DNA of 64,000 bases from Thermoproteota archaeon (GTDB taxonomy: Archaea > Thermoproteota > Thermoprotei > Thermofilales > B9-G17). The first letter of the stretch is position 1; each line of letters opens with the position of its first letter. The DNA is taken from the NCBI GenBank assembly GCA_029258885.1, contig JAPDJW010000009.1, positions 108,879-172,878 of the forward strand, given 5' to 3'. The notes below the pieces were generated by a model. It was not told the origin of the DNA. It ran no database searches and was given only the letters and a program-made list of their open reading frames with translations. This document shows, in pieces, positions 30,630-40,265 of the stretch. The position numbers and the translations under genes were made by a program.

Positions 30630-31916
30630 ATGAAGGCAGGCTATGGCAGACTATCAATAACGCCGCCTATTGGAGAACGCATGGCGGGCTACCCCCTACG
30701 GAGGGATTTCGCTGCCGATATTCTCGATGAACTCTACGCTAGAGCTCTATCCCTAAAGGATGGAGACGAGGTATACGTAATTGTATCAGTTGACCTATTC
30801 TCCGTAGACATAGATATGTCCAATCTAGCTAAATGTATTATAAGCGAGAGAACTGGAGTACCCATGGATAGAATATCGATAGTAGCTACCCACACCCACT
30901 CCGGACCCGATGTCTCTGGAATATTCTATGGAGTATCGAAGCACGTTAGAGGTACTATAATTAGTAAGATAGCTAGTGCAGCAATACTGTCACTGAAGCA
31001 TATGTACGATGTAGGTATAAAGCAGTCGGTAGGTCTCGTCGAAGGCATAGCCGTGAATAGGAGGGCACCACGTAAAGGGGCTATTGATAGCAGGGTGCAT
31101 GCCATAGGATTTGTGGATAGGAGTAGCTTAGACTACAGGTTTATTATAGCATCCTTCTCATGTCATCCGGTCATACTTGGTCCAAGCAATCTATGCTATA
31201 GCGCGGATTATCCTGGAGCATTTAACAGCTTTATAGAAAGAATAACTGAAGCAAGGTCGATATTTCTCAACGGTGCCTGCGGCGACGTAAATCCATTAAC
31301 TCCATCGACTAGGCTGAATAGCGTCTACGATAGAAGCTCGGGAACCTACGATGAGGTTAAGTGGATGGGTAGGATACTTGCATGCGAGGCTGTAAAGTCT
31401 CTGGATATTGTTAGGGAGGAAAGCAATCTCATGCTTAAAGTAATCGGTGACGAGCTGAAGGTAAATATACGTAAGCCTATGGATTTAAAGGAGGCGAAGG
31501 AGAGATATAGGAGAATTAAGGACGAAGCTAAAAGATCTAAGACATGGAATGAGGAGGTAGCATATAGGCTATGGAGGGCAAAGCGGGCCTACAATATTCT
31601 ACTAAAGTTTAAGGATAGGGATCGGCTTAACATAAGGATAAGCGCCTTAGGATTATCCAATAATCTAGCTATAGTGTTCCTGCCGAGCGAGGTGTTCGTT
31701 GAAATAGGATTGAAGATTAAGAAGGATTCGCCGTTTAGAAACACCGTTATAGTATCCTATGCCAACGAATACTTTGGCTATATACCCACAGCTAAAGCCT
31801 TTAATGAAGGAGGATATGAGGCAGATTTCCCCGTATCAATAGTGCCTGAGAATACTGAGGAGGAAATAGTTTCAAAAACGCTTGAGGTATTATATAGGCT
31901 GGAGAGATACTATTAG
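30630..31916 (+). CDS. Neutral/alkaline ceramidase N-terminal-domain family hydrolase
   Basis: MAGY, DELYARAL, ATHTHSGP, FSCHP, SADYPG, NGACGDVNP, GYIPT..F.EGGYE. Confidence 0.85.
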   Translation: MKAGYGRLSITPPIGERMAGYPLRRDFAADILDELYARALSLKDGDEVYVIVSVDLFSVDIDMSNLAKCIISERTGVPMDRISIVATHTHSGPDVSGIFYGVSKHVRGTIISKIASAAILSLKHMYDVGIKQSVGLVEGIAVNRRAPRKGAIDSRVHAIGFVDRSSLDYRFIIASFSCHPVILGPSNLCYSADYPGAFNSFIERITEARSIFLNGACGDVNPLTPSTRLNSVYDRSSGTYDEVKWMGRILACEAVKSLDIVREESNLMLKVIGDELKVNIRKPMDLKEAKERYRRIKDEAKRSKTWNEEVAYRLWRAKRAYNILLKFKDRDRLNIRISALGLSNNLAIVFLPSEVFVEIGLKIKKDSPFRNTVIVSYANEYFGYIPTAKAFNEGGYEADFPVSIVPENTEEEIVSKTLEVLYRLERYY

Positions 31917-32914
31917 TACTTCAACGGAAGCTTTACAGGCTCGTCCCTTTCTATCGACTTATACGCGGCTAAGGCTATCTCTAGAGCCTGCCTTCCATCC
32001 CATCCACTAGCCCTCGGAACCCTATCCTCAACTATTACTCTAATGAAGTCCTTAATCATCTCTAGGTCACAGTCCGTACCAAAATAGATCCACTTAAGCG
32101 GCTGTTTATCAGTAACCAAATTTATACATGACCTAAATGCGTCAACAACTATATACCCTTCAGTACCGAAAATACCCATGTATACGTCGCCCCATATAGG
32201 CCAAGTATCGGGTCTAGACCAGCTACAGTCTATGCTCCCTAACACTCCATTCTTAAACCTAATCAGCATCGATGCTGCATCCTCAGCTCTAAGTTGAGGC
32301 CTAATGTTCTTAGCTTTCATCGCGTATACCGTATCGGCCTCGCTCTTAGTATACCATCTCATGAGGTCAGCCGTATGTACGGTGTGATCCATTATAGCTC
32401 CACCGCCAGCCAGCTCCGGTTCGCCGAACCAACCGCCCGGATACTTGCCGTGGTTGGTGGTGGTTATAACCCTAATATCCCCTATCTCCCCATTCTCCAG
32501 TAGCTCCTTAACCTTAACGGTTACCCCATGATACCTCATTACAAACGCTGTCTGGAACTTCACGTTATACCTGTTGGCGTAGGCCAGCATATCGTCGGCA
32601 TCTCTCAGAGTAGTAGCTATAGGCTTTTCACAGAGGATATGTACTCCATGTTCCGCGGCCGCTACAGCCATATCCTTATGCTTAGCGTTCTCCGAGGTAA
32701 TTATTACCGCATCAAGCTCTTCCTTCTCAAGTAGTTTACGGAAATCAGTATAGGTCTTCTCAACCCCATACTGTTCAGATGCACGCTTAAGCCTAGCTTC
32801 ATCGTCGTCAAATATCGCTACAAACTCGACGTTTTCAAGCTCCCTAAGAACCCTAGCATAGCTCCAGGAGTGTACGTGGGCAAACGATAAAATCGCAAAC
32901 CTTAATTTCCCCAA
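31913..32914 (-). CDS. Gfo/Idh/MocA family NAD(P)-dependent oxidoreductase
   Basis: Likely TTG start 32914 after GAGGGTGA (track starts 32986); LSFAHVHSWSY, CEKPIA, GGGAIMDHTVH. Confidence 0.92.
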   Translation of the reverse strand: MGKLRFAILSFAHVHSWSYARVLRELENVEFVAIFDDDEARLKRASEQYGVEKTYTDFRKLLEKEELDAVIITSENAKHKDMAVAAAEHGVHILCEKPIATTLRDADDMLAYANRYNVKFQTAFVMRYHGVTVKVKELLENGEIGDIRVITTTNHGKYPGGWFGEPELAGGGAIMDHTVHTADLMRWYTKSEADTVYAMKAKNIRPQLRAEDAASMLIRFKNGVLGSIDCSWSRPDTWPIWGDVYMGIFGTEGYIVVDAFRSCINLVTDKQPLKWIYFGTDCDLEMIKDFIRVIVEDRVPRASGWDGRQALEIALAAYKSIERDEPVKLPLKY

Positions 32915-33068
32915 TCCATCACCCTCAAATATACTATCCCCAAAACTTATATAACCATTATTTCTAAGCATGAGCGGAACAAGCACAGCTGACTGAAATC
33001 GTAATCGAGCGGCAGATTAATGCAACAAGTATATTAATGAAGAGCAGATAAGGGATAAGGGTGGTTAA

Positions 33069-33719
33069 TTGAGGCTAATATTTATTGGTCCGCCCGGTAT
33101 AGGTAAGGGGACTTACGCTACAGCTGTATCGGAGCGATATGGAATACCCCATATATCCACGGGCGATATATTTAGGGAGGAGGTTAAGAGGGGAAGCGAG
33201 CTGGGCAGGAAGGTTAAGAAATATCTTGAGGCAGGCGAGCTGGTCCCCGACGAGATAGTTATAGAGGTTGTAAGGGAGAGGCTGAAGAAGGAGGACTGCA
33301 GGAAGGGTTTCATTCTAGACGGATATCCGAGGACCTTAAGGCAGGCGGAGGAGCTTGATAAAATGACCAGCATAGACTTGGTTCTAAACTTTCATGCGCC
33401 AGATGAAGTTATAATTGAGAGGCTGAGCGGCAGGAGGATATGCGTTAAATGTGGAGCAATATACCACGTAAAGTTCATGCCCCCCAAGAAGCCTGGAATA
33501 TGCGATAAGTGCGGCGGGAAGATAATACAGAGGAAGGACGATACTCCCGAGGTAATAAAACATAGGCTTGAAGTCTACAGGAGAGTGTTCACGCCAATAA
33601 TAAACTACTATAAGGAGAAAGGCATTCTCCTAGACGTTTACGCAGGGGAGCCAGCCAATATAGTTATACCCAGGATACTGAAGCTCCTAGAGGAGCACGG
33701 ATTTAAGCCTGAGAAATAG
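33069..33719 (+). CDS. adk: Adenylate kinase (bacterial-type, zinc LID)
   Basis: GPPGIGKGT, HISTGDIFR, GFILDGYPRT, CVKC...CDKC LID, QRKDD. Confidence 0.96.
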   Translation: MRLIFIGPPGIGKGTYATAVSERYGIPHISTGDIFREEVKRGSELGRKVKKYLEAGELVPDEIVIEVVRERLKKEDCRKGFILDGYPRTLRQAEELDKMTSIDLVLNFHAPDEVIIERLSGRRICVKCGAIYHVKFMPPKKPGICDKCGGKIIQRKDDTPEVIKHRLEVYRRVFTPIINYYKEKGILLDVYAGEPANIVIPRILKLLEEHGFKPEK

Positions 33720-33721
33720 TA

Positions 33722-33770
33722 TGCAATCATGCTGCAAATAACTTATATATTTCTTTGCAATAAAATTGCA
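33722..33770. promoter_or_regulatory. Two TGCAAT-N3-ATTGCA-like boxes flanking the TATA box of the AAA ATPase gene
   Basis: TGCAATCATGCTGCA 33722-33736 and TGCAATAAAATTGCA 33756-33770 either side of TTATATA. Confidence 0.45.
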
Positions 33771-35031
33771 CATGGAAGAATACAATCCATGGTGGATAGG
33801 CGAGATAGATCCTATCTACGAGGAATGGCTTAGCTCAGAGGTAAAGTGGAGGCCACATGTAATAGAGGAGTTCAACTTTACCCCTTTCTCGCTACACTTC
33901 TTCATTGGCCCTCGGCAGGTAGGTAAGACCACAACTATCAAGATCCTTATACATGATTTAATTAGATATAGGGATCCTAGATCCATATTCTACTACTCCT
34001 GCGATGAGATTGCAGACTATAGGGAGCTTGGTGAGGTAATAGATAACTACCTATCGGCGAGGAGGGAGTGGGGGATTAGAAGCTCGATAATCTTTCTAGA
34101 TGAGGTAACCTTCGTGGATGAATGGTATAGGGCGATAAAGTCGAGGATAGATAGAGGAGTCCTAAGAAACGATGTACTCGTAGTTACTGGGTCAGCCAGC
34201 CTAGAGTTAGTCGCCGGTAAGGAAATGTTCCCCGGCAGAAGGGGGCATGGGAGGGACATATATATGCTACCATTATCCTTCAGTGAATACCTGCTCCACT
34301 TCAGCGGGATTAAGCTCATTGAAGCCGAGCTTACGGACATCGACTACTACATGAGGAAAATTGAGGGAAATAAACTCTATGCAGCAACAATATCGGATAT
34401 GTTCATGAAATATCTTGAGACGGGAGGCTACCCGACGCCGATAAAGGAGTATTTCACCAAGGGCAGGGTAACGTATCTCTCAATGAGGGTATTAATCGAC
34501 TGGCTTAAAACAGACTGGATAAAGGCGGGGAGAAGCGAAGGATACATGAAGGAGGTAATATCCTACATACTGGAGGCCGAACTCACTCCAGTAGGCTGGC
34601 ATACAATCTCCAAAAACACGTCGATATCCTCGCCCCATACAGCTAGAGAATACGTTGAAACACTGGAACGCCTAATGGTGGCAAAAATCATATACTGGAT
34701 ATCGCCCAGCAGAAAAATAGACTACAGGAAAGCCAAAAAGATAATCTTCACAGACCCATTCATATACAAAACCCTACAAGCATATACAAGGACGAGCGTA
34801 AGCATATCCACGATAGTCGAGGCAACAGTAGCATCCCACATAGCAAGATACAAGCCAACATACTACTGGAGAAACAAATCAGAAGTAGACGTAGTAACAT
34901 TAATCAACGGAAAACCCATAGGAATAGAAGTTAAATGGACCAGAAAACCGAAACAGAGGCGAAGACCATTCAAAACATACACCCTAGATAAAAATACCAT
35001 ACCACTATTCCTAGCATCACTAACAGGATAA
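33766..35031 (+). CDS. AAA_14/DUF4143-type ATP-binding protein with C-terminal PD-(D/E)xK-like motif
   Basis: YNPWW, GPRQVGKTT, IFLDEV, VTGSAS, FPGRRG, GGYP, EVDVV..IGIEVKW. Confidence 0.88.
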   Translation: MHMEEYNPWWIGEIDPIYEEWLSSEVKWRPHVIEEFNFTPFSLHFFIGPRQVGKTTTIKILIHDLIRYRDPRSIFYYSCDEIADYRELGEVIDNYLSARREWGIRSSIIFLDEVTFVDEWYRAIKSRIDRGVLRNDVLVVTGSASLELVAGKEMFPGRRGHGRDIYMLPLSFSEYLLHFSGIKLIEAELTDIDYYMRKIEGNKLYAATISDMFMKYLETGGYPTPIKEYFTKGRVTYLSMRVLIDWLKTDWIKAGRSEGYMKEVISYILEAELTPVGWHTISKNTSISSPHTAREYVETLERLMVAKIIYWISPSRKIDYRKAKKIIFTDPFIYKTLQAYTRTSVSISTIVEATVASHIARYKPTYYWRNKSEVDVVTLINGKPIGIEVKWTRKPKQRRRPFKTYTLDKNTIPLFLASLTG

Positions 35032-35118
35032 TACCCCTCCACTCTAGCGACAAAGTGAGGCAGTACCGGAGGAAAACATACCAGAATAACTTATATTGAA
35101 GACAAACTATAGCTGTAA

Positions 35119-35173
35119 CAGATGATGAATAAACAGTCGGCAGATACATGAAGATCCCGAAGTATACTGATTT
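35119..35173 (+). ncRNA. C/D-box guide sRNA
   Basis: C ATGATGA 35122-35128, 12-nt guide, D' CAGA 35141-35144, C' ATGAAGA 35148-35154, 12-nt guide, D CTGA 35167-35170; TTATATT ~25 nt upstream. Confidence 0.85.
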
Positions 35174-35504
35174 ATAGATTTAATACAGCGGTCTGACTAG
35201 CCATGACACATAAATCTAAAAGTAGAAGAGGTATGCATAAACGCCGTATCTGATGTCGAATGCAGATTTAGCAATAAGTATGTTATAGAGGATTATTTTA
35301 TATACCGTCTATTTAAGGATACATTTAAGCTAATGTTCAAGAATATATATAAGGATAATTTTTCTCGAGCTAAGGAGCTTATTTTCCACGAGTCAGGCGA
35401 TATTTAATATCTTTAGACATCGAGTTTTGTTGATATATACTTCATTTTAAGAGAAATAATGTTATTTAGTAAAGTATATATGAATGTGATGCATTCTTGT
35501 ATTC

Positions 35505-35876
35505 ATGGAATCTGGTAAGTTTAATGTTGAAGTTCTTCGTAGCTACTTCGATAGTCTTTTAAGGAGTGCTAGCTTGTTGGCTGGCTTTTCAACTATAGGT
35601 TTAATAATGTGCATTATTTTGACTAAAAATAGACCTTTATATTACTTGATAGTGATATTCCTATTCATATCTGCTGTATTGTTTGTTTACTCTTTGAGGA
35701 GCATTTATGACGTTCTATGGGATATTTCACGCGTCAAGATTGAGGGTAGAGAGCCGAATGAGGAGGAGTGCAGGAGAATTAATGATGTTAGAGAAAGGGT
35801 AACTGGGCTAATTAAATACGGCCTTGAGTCATTGCTTGTAAGTATAGCTCTACTGTTAATCGTCGCGTTACTCTAG
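35505..35876 (+). CDS. Hypothetical 3-TM membrane protein
   Basis: 123-aa ORF with three hydrophobic segments; no family recognised. Confidence 0.55.
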   Translation: MESGKFNVEVLRSYFDSLLRSASLLAGFSTIGLIMCIILTKNRPLYYLIVIFLFISAVLFVYSLRSIYDVLWDISRVKIEGREPNEEECRRINDVRERVTGLIKYGLESLLVSIALLLIVALL

Positions 35877-36985
35877 GATACCTCGACTCCAAGAATTATT
35901 GAGGCTAGACGACCTATAGCAAAGGTAGTTCCGGCTGAGCCTAGCCCAGCTAGTATCATTTCAGCTATCTTCCTCCTTATCGGTAGGTTGGCTGATATGG
36001 CTATTATGAACCCAGTTACTGCTAGTGCTAGTCCCGCGAGGACTAGTGAAAGGGCTATGGAGATGCCTATTGGAAGGTTGATGATATAGGGGATTAATGG
36101 TACTAAAGCTCCTACGGCATAGGATACTCCGGTATATATTCCAGCTTTAGCTGGCTCCTCCAGCTTTTCTTCACGTATACCGTATTCTTCCTCGGCAATA
36201 ATCCTAGCTAATAGATGCGTTTTTCTGCCTGATTCCTCAGCTATTTCCTCGGCTATCTTCCTCCTGTACCCCTTTCTAACCATGTATTCAGCTACCCTCC
36301 TCGTTAGGATGTGTGCCACGTATTTTGCAGCCATCTTTACTCGATTTAATGTGCCCTCATGGACTTGTCTTTGGGCTTTTACGCTGGCGTATGCTCCTAT
36401 ACCCATTGATAGCGCTCCGCCTGTTCCCACTATTAAGCCGCCTAATGCTACGTGGAATGGGTCCCCATATACTCCAGCTAATCCCGAGGCCACGGATAAT
36501 ACTTCAACAAGTCCATCGTTCATCCCTAGAACAATATCTCTAACGTGATTTAGAAAATCCTCAAACCTAGACTCTTCATCGATGAACTCCTGCTCGTGTA
36601 CTAGCTCGTCCTCGAGTATCTTTTTAAGTTTCTCCCTTTCATCACTGCTGAGGCTGGGATCTTCAAGCATTTTAGAATATAGTTCTACGGCATCTCGTTC
36701 GCCCATCTCAAGGAGGCGTAGGGTCAGTCCCAGACCTAGGATCCTGAATAATGCCGCGTATATGGATACCTTAATTCTATTTACTTCCGCTAGCCGCCTT
36801 ACTCCTCTCTTCTTAAGGAAGTTTAGCCAGAAGTTAGCGTGCTCCTCCTCCATTTCAGCTATATTTATGAGCTTAGACCTAATTTTTCCTCTATGGAAGT
36901 CGGCTAGCTTCCTGTATATTACGGATGAGAATAGTTCATCCTCTAATGCAAGCCTAGCATACTCTATCAGGCGGCTAGTGGACAA
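35873..36985 (-). CDS. Rubrerythrin/ferritin-like domain fused to VIT1/CCC1 iron transporter (MbfA-like)
   Basis: E..H diiron motifs (EMEEEHA, EDELVHE), RDIVLGMNDGLVE, GALSMGIGAY. Confidence 0.9.
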   Translation of the reverse strand: MSTSRLIEYARLALEDELFSSVIYRKLADFHRGKIRSKLINIAEMEEEHANFWLNFLKKRGVRRLAEVNRIKVSIYAALFRILGLGLTLRLLEMGERDAVELYSKMLEDPSLSSDEREKLKKILEDELVHEQEFIDEESRFEDFLNHVRDIVLGMNDGLVEVLSVASGLAGVYGDPFHVALGGLIVGTGGALSMGIGAYASVKAQRQVHEGTLNRVKMAAKYVAHILTRRVAEYMVRKGYRRKIAEEIAEESGRKTHLLARIIAEEEYGIREEKLEEPAKAGIYTGVSYAVGALVPLIPYIINLPIGISIALSLVLAGLALAVTGFIIAISANLPIRRKIAEMILAGLGSAGTTFAIGRLASIILGVEVS

Positions 36986-36989
36986 TCTT

Positions 36990-38204
36990 TCACCGAGCTA
37001 TCTGATCGATAAGGCTATCCACTCCACTCCTGACCTTAGCTAAATCATCTCCATCAGGCATACCCTGAAACTCGACGACATCAACTACCTTAAATCCAGC
37101 ACCGGTTAGAATCTTTAATATTTTTGAGCCAGCTATACGTCCCCAGCCATACGACGATACTACGAGTACGGGCTTACCTGCCTTAATCTTCTCAACCAGT
37201 ACGTCGAGGAGATGCCTTATAAGGGGAAATACGTTATTTTCGTATGTTGCTGCACCGATAATCAACGCTTGGCAGTCCATTACGTCTGAAATGAAGTCGC
37301 TTAGGTTAATACGTTCAGTATCGGTAAATCTGTACACGACCGGGCTAAACCCCTTTTCTTTAAGCTTATCGATTACTGCTGATATAGCTTTCCCAACGGA
37401 GCCATACATTGAGCTATAAACGACGACTATCTTACCCTTCTCTGCTATACCCGATGCAAGCTTAACGTAGTAATCAACTATGGCTTCAGGCTTATTCCTA
37501 AATATCAATCCATGGGCTGGAGCAATAATCTTAGGCTTAATACCAAGCTTATCGAGCTTCTCAACAGCCTTACCAATATAATTGATGTAGTGTCCTATAA
37601 CCGTTGCAACGTATTTACGTACATGCGGCAGATACTCTGCTATCACGTTATCGCTTTCATCATATAGCGTCTTCGGTATAGAGTATCCGCCGAAGGCGTC
37701 GCATGAAAGCAGTACGTCGTCGCCGGGTATAAAGGTCATCATAGTCTCAGGCCAGTGGAGCCATGGAGTATAAATGAACTTAAGCACTTTACCTCCAACC
37801 TTCAGCTCCTCCCCATCCTTTACAGCATGGATCTTAGGTTTAATTCCCAGAAACCTACTGAACATCCTCGTAGCTAACATGTGGCATAAAACCTCAGCTT
37901 TAAACCCGTTCTCCTCGAGAACCCTAGGAAGAGAGCCTGTATGATCCTGCTCCATATGGTGGACGATAATATAAGCTATATCCCTTAGATCAACTACTGT
38001 CTTTAAAGCTTCAATAAATTCATCCGTATAAACATGCTTCTAGGAGTCGAATAATATGGCTCCTTCGCTGGTATGAAGAAGATAAGCGTTATACGTTATT
38101 CCCTCCGGAATCTCCCATAATGCCTCAAAAAACTTAACCTTAATATCGTCAACCCTTAAAACATGCAGGGATTCAGTAACCTTATCTACAAAAATTCCAA
38201 CCAT
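36990..38204 (-). pseudogene. fprA: FprA family flavodiiron protein interrupted by an in-frame TAG at 38040-38042
   Basis: ATG 38204 opens MVGIF...FFEALWEIPEGITYNAYLL...LFDS-TAG-KHVY..., in frame with HHMEQDHTGS, PWLHWPETM, SCDAFGG, APAHGL and a flavodoxin domain. Confidence 0.85.
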
Positions 38205-38298
38205 GTAGCCACCAATCTAAAATATAGTTATGCCTTAATTATCTTATCCGTTGAAATAATGGATAAACATAGATAAGTAGAGAGCTACATAGCTATAG

Positions 38299-39456
38299 TT
38301 GAGGGTTATGCGGGAAGCTATTCTCGTTAGATATGGTGAAATAACTATCAAGTCAAAGCCCGTGAGAAGACGTATGGAGAACACACTTCTAGATAACATT
38401 AAGTTTATGCTGGAACGCTATGGAGTTGAAGCGGAGCTTAAGCTAGCCTCAGGGAGGATATTCATATATACAAGCAATAGAAAGGAGGCGCTTAAAGCTT
38501 TATCCTTCGTGTTCGGTATAGTCTCCTTCAGTCCAGCTATCGAGGTAGGTAATGAATATAGTGAGCTTGTAAGAACAGCTGTAGACTACGCTAAAAAGTT
38601 CCTAGAGCCTGGGGATAGGTTTGCGGTTAGAGCTAGGAGGGTTAAAACACTACCCTATACAAGCAAGGATATTGAAAAGGATGTTGGAAGGTCAATATTG
38701 GAGGAGGTTGATGGAGTATCTGTCGACTTAGAGGAACCGGATAAGGTAATATATGTTGAGGCTAGGACAAACAAGGCATACATATTTACTGAAGTGTATG
38801 TTGGCCCTGGAGGCCTACCCTATGGCGTCGAGGGCAAGGTGGTAGCGCTTATCTCAGGAGGAGTGGACAGCGCTCTAGCATCCTACCTAATGATGAGGAG
38901 AGGATGCGAGGTTGTACCCATACATTTCGACATGACGCCTTTCTATAGCATTGAGGCAAGGGAGAGGTTTAACCGTGTAATAGAGTGGCTTAGAAGATAT
39001 GTGCCACGTAGGGAGTGGAGAGTATACATAGTGCCTTTAGGAGAGATTCATATGAAGGCCGATGATATAGAGCCCAGCCTAAGGTGCATCTTCTGCAAAA
39101 CGATGATGTTGAAGATAGCTGAGAGAATAGCGTTAAACGAGTCGGCCGAAGCAATAGTAACTGGTGATAGTCTGGGGCAGGTAGCTACCCAGACGCTATC
39201 AAACATGGTTTTTCTAACTAAGAGAGTTAAAGTTCCCATATTGAGGCCGCTAGTAGGCTTAGGTAAGGATGATATAGTGAAGATGGCTAGGAGGATAGGT
39301 CTAGCCGAGGTAGCAGATGTAAAAGTACCCCCATGTAAGTTGATACCACAACATCCAAAGACGAGGGCTAGGGAGGAATATGAGGATATATTCTCCAAAT
39401 ACTACAGTCTAGTGGACTATGCCTTATCAAATAGCAAGGTGAAAGTAATCAGCTGA
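38299..39456 (+). CDS. thiI: tRNA 4-thiouridine synthase ThiI (THUMP plus PP-loop, no rhodanese)
   Basis: VRYGEITIK, GPGGLPYG, LISGGVDS, CIFCK, GDSLGQVATQTL. Confidence 0.95.
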   Translation: MRVMREAILVRYGEITIKSKPVRRRMENTLLDNIKFMLERYGVEAELKLASGRIFIYTSNRKEALKALSFVFGIVSFSPAIEVGNEYSELVRTAVDYAKKFLEPGDRFAVRARRVKTLPYTSKDIEKDVGRSILEEVDGVSVDLEEPDKVIYVEARTNKAYIFTEVYVGPGGLPYGVEGKVVALISGGVDSALASYLMMRRGCEVVPIHFDMTPFYSIEARERFNRVIEWLRRYVPRREWRVYIVPLGEIHMKADDIEPSLRCIFCKTMMLKIAERIALNESAEAIVTGDSLGQVATQTLSNMVFLTKRVKVPILRPLVGLGKDDIVKMARRIGLAEVADVKVPPCKLIPQHPKTRAREEYEDIFSKYYSLVDYALSNSKVKVIS

Positions 39457-39463
39457 AGATAGC

Positions 39464-39516
39464 GTAAACCGTCTGTAAACTACTCAAGTTTACGATATCG
39501 TAAACCTACCGTAAAC
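39464..39516. repeat. Five GTAAAC hexamers at 11-13 bp spacing including an 18-bp perfect palindrome
   Basis: GTAAAC at 39464, 39475, 39500, 39511 and GTTTAC at 39488; GTTTACGATATCGTAAAC 39488-39505. Confidence 0.7.
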
Positions 39517-39669
39517 TTTTAGTACGCAGGGTTTCCGGTTCTCTTTCTGCACGTTTCACCAATCCCCATCTAGTATTTCATTAAGTTTTTAACTACAACT
39601 CATCTCAACATATCGATTTCACAGGCGATAAGCGAAACAGGAATATAATCATAGTCAAGGTATATAGAT

Positions 39670-40230
39670 ATGGTGTTTCAAATGATTGAGGTAGATGTTG
39701 AGGAAGCATACCTGCTACTACATCCAAGGCCGGTAGTACTAGTGGTATCACTTAGGGAGGATGGCTCACCGAACGTTATGGCATGTAGCTGGATAACACC
39801 AGTAAGCGAGGAGCCACCGTATATAGCGTTAGCCATGTGGAGGGAGAACTACAGCTATCAGCTAATAATGAGGAACAAGGAGTTCACAGTAAATATTCCT
39901 GGATACGAACACGTCAATCAAGTATGGATGGCTGGAACAAGGAGCGGCAGAAAAGTAGATAAGGCGAAAATATTAGGCTTCAAGTTCATTAAATCATCCA
40001 AATTAAAGACGCCCTACATAGATGGATGCCTAGCATACCTAGGATGCAGGCTAGACAAGACGGTAGACATAGGGGAGATATCCCTAATGATAGCGGAAAT
40101 AGTGGAGGCAAAGGCAAGAAAAGACCTACTAGTAAGGGGGAAATGGAACCTAAAGAAAGCTAAAGTACTCCAGCACCTGGGAGGGAAAGTATTCACCTAT
40201 AGCGAAAAAACTTTATGGCCAAGCAAATAG
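39670..40230 (+). CDS. Flavin reductase-like FMN-binding protein
   Basis: LLHPRPVVLV, NVMACSW, EFTVNIP, GTRSGRKVDK, LQHLGG. Confidence 0.9.
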   Translation: MVFQMIEVDVEEAYLLLHPRPVVLVVSLREDGSPNVMACSWITPVSEEPPYIALAMWRENYSYQLIMRNKEFTVNIPGYEHVNQVWMAGTRSGRKVDKAKILGFKFIKSSKLKTPYIDGCLAYLGCRLDKTVDIGEISLMIAEIVEAKARKDLLVRGKWNLKKAKVLQHLGGKVFTYSEKTLWPSK

Positions 40231-40265
40231 CTGATTTTCTGAAATGAATTTAAAAGTCCAATCGC

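Noticed and set aside
32966-33020. C/D-like pattern AGCATGA...CTGA...CAGA between the Gfo/Idh/MocA gene and adk
   Set aside because: C and C' boxes too degenerate, and the region overlaps divergent promoters
35209-35259. 16-aa basic ORF MTHKSKSRRGMHKRRI, L41e-like
   Set aside because: Too short, no clear RBS, and sequence does not match L41e well
38040-38042. Pyrrolysine or genome-wide TAG recoding
   Set aside because: TAG terminates several intact genes in the window, no pyl genes are present here, and a TGG-to-TAG change is simpler
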